From positions 73,966,001-74,030,000 of the forward strand of contig NC_043004.1 of the NCBI RefSeq assembly GCF_006345805.1: a stretch of 64,000 bases of DNA, written 5' to 3'. The stretch is from Octopus sinensis (taxonomy: Eukaryota). Shown here one piece after another: positions 52,901 to 64,000 of this stretch. The position numbers were made by a program, and so were the translations under genes. Under the pieces are notes generated by a model. That model saw only the letters and a program-made list of their open reading frames with translations. It ran no database searches and was not told the origin of the DNA. Position 1 is the stretch's first letter. Every line of letters begins with the position of its first letter.

Positions 52901-55900
52901 ACTCTGGGCTTTATTAAGTAATCTTAGAAGATGAAGTATATACGGTGGGACCATCTAATTTAAGAAGGGAACAGGCAATTATAGACCCATAACTTGCTGA
53001 CCATTACTCTGGACATTATTAAGTAATCTCAGAAGATGAAGTATATACGGTGGGACCATCTAATTTAAGAAGGGAACAGTCAATTATAGAATCATTACTT
53101 GCTGACCATTACTCTGGACATTATTAAGTAATCTCAGAAGATGAAGTATATACGGTGGGACCATCTAATTTAAGAAGAGAACCTGGCAATTATAGAACCA
53201 TTACTTGCTGACCATTACTCTGGACATTATTAAGTAATCTCAGAAGATGAAGTATATACGGTGGGACCATCTAATTTAAGAAGGGAACCAGCAATTATAG
53301 AACCATTGCTTGCTGACCATTACGCTGGGCTTTATTAAGTAATCTCAGAAGATGAAGTATATACGGTGGGACCATCTAATTTAAGAAGAGAATCCGGCAA
53401 TTATAGACCCATTACTTGCTGACCATTATTCTGGACATTATTAAGTAACCTCAGAAGATGAAGTATATACGGTGGGACCATCTAATAAGAAGGGAACCAA
53501 GCAATTATAGACCATTACTCTGGACATTATTAAGTAACCTCAGAAGATGAAGTATATACGGTGGGACCATCTAATTTAAGAAGGGAACCCAGCAATTATA
53601 GAACCATTACTTGCTGACCATTACCCTGGACATTATTAAGTAACCTCAGTAGATGAAGTATATACGGTGGGACCATCTAATTTAAGAAGGGAACCCAGCA
53701 ATTATAGAACCATTACTTGCTGACCATTACTCTGGACATATTAAGTAACCTCAGAAGATGAAGTATGTACGGTGGGACCATATAATTAAGAAGGGAACCC
53801 AGCAATTATAGAACCATTACTTGCTGACCATTACTCTGGACATTATTAAGTAATCTCAGAAGATGAAGTATAACGGTGGGACCATCTAATTTAAGAAGGG
53901 AACCAAGAAATTATAGAACCATTACTTGCTGACCATTACTCTGGACATTATTAAGTAATCTCAGAAGATGAAGTATATACTGTGGGACCATCTAATTTAA
54001 GAAGGGAACCCAGCAATTATAGAACCATTACTTGCTGACCATTACTCTGGACATTATTAAGTAATCTCAGAAGATGAAGTATATACGGTGGGACCAAACT
54101 AATTTAAGAAGGGAACCCAGCAATTATAGAACCATTACTTGCTGACCATTACTCTGGACATTATGTAATCTCAGAAGATGAAGTATAAACGGTGGGACCA
54201 TCTAATTTAAGAGGGAACCCAGCAATTGTAGAACCATTACTTGCTGACCATTACTCTGGACGGGACCATCTAATTTAGAAGGGAACCCACTAATTATAGA
54301 ACCAAACTTGCTGACCATTACTCTGGACATTATTAAATAATCTCAAAAGATGAAGTATATACGGTGGTACCATCTAATTTAAGAAGGGAACAGTCAATTA
54401 TAGAATCATTACTTGCTGACCATTACTCTGGACATTATTAAGTAATCTCAAAGATGAAGTATATACGGTGGGACCATCTAATTTAAGAAGGGAACAGGCA
54501 ATTATAGAACCATTACTTGCTGACCATTACTCTGGACATTATTAAGTAATCTCAGAAGATGAAGTATATACGGTGGGAGCATCTAATTTAAGAAGGGAAC
54601 AGGCAATTATAGAACATTACTTGCTAACCATTACTCTGGACATTATTAAGTAACCTCAGAAGTTGAAGTATATACGGTGGGACCATCTAATTTAAGAAGG
54701 GAACCCGGCAATTATAGAACATTACTTGCTGACCATTACTCTGGACATTATTAAGTAACCTCAGAAGATGAAGTATATACGGTGGGACCATCTAATTTAA
54801 GAAGGGAACCAGCAATTATAGAACCATTGCTTGCTGACCATTACGCTGGGCTTTATTAAGTAATGTCAGAAGATGAAGTATATACGGTGGGACCATCTAA
54901 TTTAAGAAGAGAATCCGGCAATTATAGACCCATTACTTGCTGACCATTACTCTGGACATTATTAAGTAACCTCAGAAGATGAAGTATATACGGTGGGACC
55001 ATCTCGTATAAGAAGGGAACCAAGCAATTATAGACCCATTACTCTGGACATTATTAAGTAACCTCAGAAGATGAAGTATATACGGTGGGACCATCTAATT
55101 TAAGAAGGGAACCAGCAATTATAGAACCATTACTTGCTGACCATTACCCTGGACGTTATTAAGTAACCCCAGAATGAAGTATATACGGTGGGACCATCTA
55201 ATTTAAGAAGGGAACCCAGCAATTATAGAACCATTACTTGCTGACCATTACTCAGGACAATATTAAGTAACCTCAGAAAATGAAGTATGTACGGTGGGAC
55301 CATATAAATTAAGAAGGGAACCCAGCAATTTTAGAACCATTACTTGCTGACCATTATTCTGGACATTATTAAGTAATCTCAGAAGATGAAGTATAAACGG
55401 TGGGACCATCTAATTTAAGAAGGGAACCTAGCAATTATAGAACCATTACTTGCTGACCATTACCTGGACATTATAAAGTAACCCAGTAGATGAAGTATAT
55501 ACGGTGGGACCATCTAATTTAAGAAGGGAACCCAGCAATTATAGAACCATTACTTGCTGACCATTACTCTGGACGTTATTAAGTAATATCAGAAGATGAA
55601 GTATATACTGTGGGACCATCTAATTTAAGAAGGGAACCCAGCAATTATAGAACCATTACTTGCTGACCATTACTCTGGACATTATTAAGTAATCTCAGAA
55701 GATGAAGTATATACGGTGGGACAAACTAATTTAAGAAGGGAACCCAGCAATTATAGAACCATTACTTGCTGACCATTACTCTGGACATTATTAGGTAATC
55801 TCAGAAGATGAAGTATAAACGGTGGGACCATCTAATTTAAGGAGGGAACCCAGCAATTATAGAACCATTACTTGCTGACCATTACTCTGGACGGGACCAT

Positions 55901-58900
55901 CTAATTTTAGAAGGGAACCCAGCAATTATAGAACCATTACTTGCTGACCATTACTCTGGACATTATTAAGTAATCTCAGAAGATGAAGTATATACGGTGG
56001 GACCATCTAATTTAAGAAGGGAACCCAGCAATTATAGAACCATTACTTGCTGACCATTACTCTGGACATTATTAAGTAATCTTAGAAGATGAAGTATAAA
56101 CGGTGGGACCATCTAATTTAAGAAGGGAACAGCAATATAGAACCATTACTTGCTGACCATTACTCTGGACATTATTAAGTTCCTCAGAAGATGAAGTATA
56201 TACGGTGGGACCATCTAATTTAAGAAGGGAACAGGCAATTATAGAACCATTACTTGCTGACCATTACTCTGGACATTATTAAGTAACCTCAGAAGATGAA
56301 GTATATACGGTGGGACCATCTAATTTAAGAAGGGAACAGGCAATTATAGAACATTACTTGCTGACCATTACTCTGGACATTATTAAGTAATCTCAGAATA
56401 TGAAGTATATACGGTGGGACCATCTAATTTAAGAAGGGAACAGGCAATTATAGAACCATTACTTGCTGACCATTACTCTGGACATTATTAAGTAATCTCA
56501 GAAGATGAAGTATAACGGTGGGACCATCTAATTTAAGAAGGGAACCCAGCAATTATAGAACCATTACTTGCTGACCATTACTCTGGACATTATTAAGTAA
56601 CCTCAGAAGATGAAGTATATACGGTGGGACCATCTAATTTAAGAAGGGAACCCAGCAATTATAGAACCATTACTTGCTGACCATTACTCTGGACATATTA
56701 AGTAACCTCAGAAATGAAGTATATACGGTGGGACCATCTAATTTAAGAAGGGAACCCAGCAATTATAGAACCATTACTTGCTGACCATTACTCTGGACAT
56801 TATTAAGTAATCTCAGAAGATGAAGTATAAACGGTGGGACCAACTAATTTAAGAAGGGAACCTAGCAATTATAGAACCATTACTTGCTGACCATTACTCT
56901 GGACATTATTAAGTAATCTCAGAAGATGAAGTATAAACGGTGGGACCATCTAATTTAAGGAGGGAACCAACAAATTATAGAACCATTACTTGCTGACCAT
57001 TACTCTGGACATTATTAAGTAACCTCAGAAGTTGAAGTATATACGGTGGGACCATCTAATTTAAGAAGAGAACCCGGCAATTATAGAAACATTACTTGCT
57101 GACCATTACTCTGGACATTATTAAGTAATCACAGAAGATGAAGTATATACGGTGGGACCATCTAATTTAAGAAGGGAACCAGCAATTATAGAACCATTGC
57201 TTGCTGACCATTACGCTGGGCTTTATTAAGTAATCTCAGAAGATGAAGTATATACGGTGGGACCATCTAATTTAAGAAGAGAATCCGGCAATTATAGACC
57301 CATTACTTGCTGACCATTACTCTGGACATTATTAAGTAACCTCAGAAGATGAAGTATATACGGTGGGACCATCTCGTATAAGAAGGGAACCAAGCAATTA
57401 TAGACCCATTACTCTGGACATTATTAAGTAACCTCAGAAGATGAAGTATATACGGTGGGACCATCTAATTTAAGAAGGGAACCCAGCAATTATAGAACCA
57501 TTACTTGCTGACCATTACCCTGGACGTTATTAAGTAACCCCAGTAGATGAAGTATATACGGTGGGACCATCTAATTTAAGAAGGGAACCCAGCAATTATA
57601 GAACCATTACTTGCTGACCATTACTCTGTACATTATTAAGTAATCTCAGAAGATGAAGTATAAACGGTGGGACCATCTAATTTAAGAAGGGAACCCAGCA
57701 ATTATAGAACCATTACTTGCTGACCATTACTCTGGACATTATTAAGTAATCTCAGAAGATGAAGTATATAACGGTGGGACCATCTAATTTAAGAAGGGAA
57801 CCTAGCAATTATAGAACCATTACTTGCTGACCATTACTCTGGACATTATTAAGTAATCTCAGAAGATGAAGTATAAACGGTGGGACAATCAAAGTTAAGA
57901 AGGGAACCAGCAATTATAGAACCATTACTTGCTGACCATTACTCTGGACATTATTAAGTAATCTCAGAAGATGAAGGATAAACGGTGGGACCAACTAATT
58001 TAAGAAGGGAACCCAGCAATTATAGAACCATTACTTGCTGACCATTACTCTGGACATTATTAAGTAATCTCAGAAGATGAAGTATAAACGGTGGGACCAT
58101 CTAATTTAAGAAGGGAACCAGCAATTATAGAACCATTACTTGCTGACCATTACTCTGGACATTATTAAGTAATCTCAGAAGATGAAGTATAAACGGTGGG
58201 ACCATCTAATTTAAGAAGGGAACCAGCAATTATAGAACCATTACTTGCTGACCATTACTCTGGACATTATTAAGTAACCTCAGAAGTTGAAGTATATACG
58301 GTGGGACCATCTAATTTAAGAAGAGAACCCGGCAATTATAGAAACATTACTTGCTGACCATTACTCTGGACATTATTAAGTAATCACAGAAGATGAAGTA
58401 TATACGGTGGGACCATCTAATTTAAGAAGGGAACCAGCAATTATAGAACCATTACTTGCTGACCATTACTCTGGACATTAAATAATCAGAAGATGAAGTA
58501 TATACGGTGGGACCATCTAATTTAAGAAGGGAACCAGCAATTATAGAACCATTACTTGCTGACCATTACTCTGGGCTTTATTAAGTAATCTCAGAAGATG
58601 AAGTATATACGGTGGGACCATCTAATTTAAGAAGGGAAAGGCAATTATAGAACCCATTACTTGCTGACCATTACTCTGGACATTATTAAGTAACCTCAGA
58701 AGATGAAGTATATACGGTGGGACCATCTAATTTAAGAAGGGAACCAAGCAATTATAGACCCATTACTCTGGACATTATTAAGTAACCTCAGAAGATGAAG
58801 TATATACGGTGGGACCATCTAATTTAAGAAGGGAACCCAGCAATTATAGAACCATTACTTGCTGACCATTACCCTGGACATTATTAAGTAACCTCAGAGA

Positions 58901-61900
58901 TGAAGTATATACGGTGGGACCATCTAATTTAAGAAGGGAACCCAGCAATTATAGAACCATTACTTGCTGACCATTACTCTGGACATATTAAGTAACCTCA
59001 GAAATGAAGTATATACGGTGGGACCATCTAATTAAGAAGGGAACCCAGCAATTATAGAACCATTACTTGCTGACCATTACTCTGGACATTATTAAGTAAT
59101 CTCAGAAGATGAAGTATATACGGTGGGACCATCTAATTTAAGAAGGGAACCCAGCAATTATAGAACCATTACTTGCTGACCATTACTCTGGACATTATTA
59201 AGTAATCTCAGAAGATGAAGTATAAACGGTGGGACCATCTAATTTAAGAAGGGAACCCAGCAATTATAGAACCATTACTTGCTGACCATTACTCTGGACA
59301 TTATTAAGTAATCTCAGAAGATGAAGTATATACGGTGGGACATCTAATTTAAGAAGGGAACCCAGCAATTATAGAACCATTACTTGCTGACCATTACTCT
59401 GGACATTATTAAGTAATCTCAGAAGATGAAGTATAAACGGTGGGACCATCTAATTTAAGGAGGGAACCCAGCAATTATAGAACCATTACTTGCTGACCAT
59501 TACTCTGGACGGGACCATCTAATTTTAGAAGGGAACCCAGCAATTATAGAACCATTACTTGCTGACCATTACTCTGGACATTATTAAATAATCTCAAAAG
59601 ATGAAGTATATACGGTGGGACCATCTAATTTAAGAAGGGAACCCAGCAATTATAGAACCATTACTTGCTGACCATTACTCTGGACATTATTAAGTAATCT
59701 CAGAAGATGAAGTATAAACGGTGGGACCATCTAATTTAAGAAGGGAACAGGCAATAATAGAACCATTACTTGCTGACCATTACTCTGGACATTATTAAGT
59801 TACCTCAGAAGATGAAGTATATACGGTGGGACCATCTAATTTAAGAAGGGAACAGGCAATTATAGAATCATTACTTGCTGACCATTACTCTGGACATTAT
59901 TAAGTAACCTCAGAAGATGAAGTATATACGGTGGGACCATCTAATTAAGAAGGGAACAGGCAATTATAGAATCATTACTTGCTGACCATTACTCTGGACA
60001 TTATTAAGTAATCTCAGAAGATGAAGTATATACGGTGGGACCATCTAATTTAAGAAGGGAACAGGCAATTATAGAACCATTACTTGCTGACCATTACTCT
60101 GGACATTATTAAGTAATCTCAGAAGATGAAGTATAAACGGTGGGACCATCTAATTAAGAAGGGAACCCAGCAATTATAGAACCATTACTTGCTGACCATT
60201 ACTCTGGACATTATTAAGTAACCTCAGAAGATGAAGTATATACGGTGGGACCATCTAATTTAAGAAGGGAACCCAGCAATTATAGAACCATTACTTGCTG
60301 ACCATTACTCTGGACATTATTAAGTAACCTCAGAAGATGAAGTATATACGGTGGGACCATCTAATTTAAGAAGGGAACCCAGCAATTATAGAACCATTAC
60401 TTGCTGACCATTACTCTGGACATTATTAAGTAATCTCAGAAGATGAAGTATAACGGTGGGACCATCTAATTTAAGAAGGGAACCAAATTATAGAACCATT
60501 ACTTGCTGACCATTACTCTGGACATTATTAAGTAATCTCAGAAGATGAAGTATATACGGTGGGACCATCTAATTTAAGAAGGGAACCCAGCAATTATAGA
60601 ACCATTACTTGCTGACCATTACTCTGGACATTATTAAGTAATCTCAGAAGATGAAGTATATACGGTGGGACCATCTAATTTAAGAAGGGAACCAGCAATT
60701 ATAGAACCATTACTTGCTGACCATTACTCTGGACATTATTAGTAATCTCAGAAGATGAAGTATAAACGGTGGGACCATCTAATTTAAGAAGGGAACCCAG
60801 CAATTATAGAACCATTACTTGCTGACCATTACTCTGGACGGGACCATCTAATTTTAGAAGGGAACCCAGCAATTATAGAACCATTACTTGCTGACCATTA
60901 CTCTGGACATTATTAAGTAATCTCAGAAGATGAAGTATATACGGTGGGACCATCTAATTTAAGAAGGGAACAGCAATTATAGAACCATTACTTGCTGACC
61001 ATTACTCTGGACATTATTAAGTAATCTCAGAAGATGAAGTATATACGGTGGGACCATCTAATTTAAGAAGGGAACAGGCAATTATAGAACCATTACTTGC
61101 TGACCATTACTCTGGACATTATTAAGTAATCTCAGAAGATGAAGTATATACGGTGGGACCATCTAATTTAAGAAGGGAACAGTCAATTATAGAATCATTA
61201 CTTGCTGACCATTACTCTGGACATTATTAAGTAATCTCAGAAGATGAAGTATATACGGTGGGACCATCTAATTTAAGAAGGGAACAGGCAATTATAGAAT
61301 CATTACTTGCTGACCATTACCCTGGATATTATTAAGTAATCTCAGAAGATGAAGTATATACGGTGGGACCATCTAATTTAAGAAGGGAACCAGCAATTAT
61401 AGAACCATTACTTGCTGACCATTACTCTGGACATTATTAAGTAATCTCAGAAGATGAAGTATATACGGTGGGACCATCTAATTTAAGAAGGGAACCAGCA
61501 ATTATAGAACCATTACTTGCTGACCATTACTCTGGACTTATTAAGTAATCTCAGAAGATGAAGTATATACGGTGGGACCATCTAATTTAAGAAGGGAACC
61601 GGCAATTATAGAACCATTACTTGCTGACCATTACTCTGGACATTATTAAGTAATCTCAGAAGATGAAGTATATACGGTGGGACCATCTAATTTAAGAAGG
61701 GAACCGGCAATTATAGAACCATTACTTGCTGACCATTACTCTGGACATTATTAAGTAACCTCAGAAGATGAAGTATATACGGTGGGACCATCTATTTAAG
61801 AAGGGAACCAAGCAATTATGGACCATTACTCTGGACATTATTAAGTAACCTCAGAAGATGAAGTATATACGGTGGGACCATCTAATTTAAGAAGGAACCC

Positions 61901-64000
61901 AGCAATTATAGAACCATTACTTGCTGACCATTACTCTGGACATTATTAAGTAACCCCAGAAGATGAAGTATATACGGTGGGACCATCTAATTTAAGAAGG
62001 GAACCAGCAATTATAGAACCATTACTTGCTGACCATTACTCTGGACATATTAAGTAACCTCAGAAATGAAGTATGTACGGTGGGACCATCTAAATTAAGA
62101 AGGGAACCCAGCAATTATAGAACCATTACTTGCTGACCATTATCTCTGGACATTATTAAGTAATCTCAGAAGATGAAGTATAAACGGTGGGACCATCTAA
62201 TTTAAGAAGGGAACCTAGCAATTATAGAACAATACTTGCTGACCATTACTCTGGACATTATTAAGTAACCCCAGAAGATGAAGTATATACGGTGGGACCA
62301 TCTAATTTAAGAAGGGAACCCAGCAATTATAGAAACCATTACTTGCTGACCATTACTCTGGACATTATTAAGTAACCTCAGAAAATGAAGTATATACGGT
62401 GGGACCATCTAATTTAAGAAGGGAACCCAGCAATTATAGAACCATTACTTGCTGACCATTACTCTGGACATTATTAAGTAATCTCAGAAGATGAAGTATA
62501 TACGGTGGGACCATCTAATTTAAGAAGGGAACAGCAATTATAGAACCATTACTTGCTGACCATTACTCTGGACATTATTAAGTAATCTCAGAAGATGAAG
62601 TATAAACGGTGGGACCATCTAATTTAAGAAGGGAACCCAGCAATTATAGAACCATTACTTGCTGACCATTACTCTGGACATTATTAAGTAATCTCAGAAG
62701 ATGAAGTATATACGGTGGGACCATCTAATTTAAGAAGGGAACCCAGCAATTATAGAACCATTACTTGCTGACCATTACTCTGGACAATATTAAGTAACCT
62801 CAGAAATGAAGTATATACGGTGGGACCATCTAATTTAAGAAGGGAACCCAGCAATTATAGAACCATTACTTGCTGACCATTACTCTGGACATTATTAAGT
62901 AATCTCAGAAGATGAAGTATATACGGTGGGACCATCTAATTTAAGAAGGGAACCAGCAATTATAGAACCATTACTTGCTGACCATTACTCTGGACATTAT
63001 TAAGTAATCTCAGAAGATGAAGTATAAACGGTGGGACCATCTAATTTAAGAAGGGAACCAGGAAATTATAGAACCATTACTTGCTGACCATTACTCTGGA
63101 CATTATTAAGTAATCTCAGAAGATGAAGTATATACGGTGGGACCATCTAATTTAAGAAGGGAACCCAGCAATTATAGAACCATTACTTGCTGACCATTAC
63201 TCTGGACATTATTAAGTAATCTCAGAAGATGAAGTATATACGGTGGGACAAACTAATTTAAGAAGGCAACCCAGCAATTATAGAACCATTACTTGCTGAC
63301 CATTACTCTGGACATTATTAGGTAATCTCAGATGATGAAGTATAAACGGTGGGACCATCTAATTTAAGGAGGGAACCCAGCAATTATAGAACCATTACTT
63401 GCTGACCATTACTCTGGACGGGACCATCTAATTTTAGCATTGAACCCAGCAATTATAGAACCATTACTTTCTGACCATTACTCTGGAGATTATTAAATAA
63501 TCTCAAAAGATGAAGTATATTCGGTGGGACCATCTAATTTAAGAAGGGAACAGTCAATTATAGAATCATTACTTGCTGACCATTACTCTGGACATTATTA
63601 AGTAATCTCAGAAGATGAAGTATATACGGTGGGAGCATCTAATTTAAGAAGGGATCCAGCAATTATAGAACCATTACTTGCTGACCATTACTCTGGACTT
63701 ATTAAGTAATCTCAGAAGATGAAGTATATACGGTGGGACCATCTAATTTAAGAAGAGAACCGGCAATTATAGAACCATTACTTGCTGACCATTACTCTGG
63801 ACATTATTAAGTAACCTCAGAAGATGAAGTATATACGGTGGGACCATCTAATTTAAGAAGGGAACCAAGCAATTATAGACCCATTACTCTGGACATTATT
63901 AAGTAACCTCAGAAGATGAAGTATATACGGTGGGACCATCTAATTTAAGAAGGGAACCCAGCAATTATAGAACCATTACTTGCTGACCATTACCTGGACG
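40950..64000. repeat. Tandem satellite, 106-bp monomer, roughly 215-225 copies, running to the window end
   Basis: Consensus GGTGGGACCATCTAATTTAAGAAGGGAACCCAGCAATTATAGAACCATTACTTGCTGACCATTACTCTGGACATTATTAAGTAATCTCAGAAGATGAAGTATATAC; period checked at 60541 and 60647. No ORF of 60 aa or more after 41727. Confidence 0.98.

Noticed and set aside
40950-64000. Satellite as a CRISPR array, tandem ncRNA gene, or ribozyme-bearing satellite
   Set aside because: There are no unique spacers and no cas genes. No CUGANGA...GAAA core is present on either strand. The GGUCCC on the minus strand lacks the rest of a twister fold, and there is no properly spaced A/B box pair.

Overview
This is AT-rich, microsatellite-dense animal genomic DNA. 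The repeat repertoire looks to me like an octopod cephalopod (recognition from memory, not verified). I can support no host gene, rRNA, functional tRNA or CRISPR array. Bases 1-40849 are a transposon-rich region with: many copies of three tRNA-derived SINE families; a near-full-length but decayed CR1-like LINE (12.6-16.5 kb, minus) plus two 3' fragments; a 5'-truncated Penelope-like element (PLE; RT + GIY-YIG) with a 1.5-kb inverted duplication (30.3-34.2 kb); a Tc1 transposase fossil; an R4/Dong-like RT fragment; and several fold-back (inverted-repeat) elements. A 100-N gap is followed by a 23-kb tandem satellite with a 106-bp monomer and irregular higher-order structure that runs to the window end. 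The most interesting signal is a set of at least 7 type I hammerhead-ribozyme motifs, most with palindromic stem III. They occur in the PLE UTR, in fold-back elements, next to a tRNA-like Pol III head, and in one case with a large SECIS-like hairpin inserted as stem II. A LINE/SINE shared 3' tail with a compensatory stem-loop is also visible. All structures and coordinates were read by eye and may be off by a few bases; no database searches were run.
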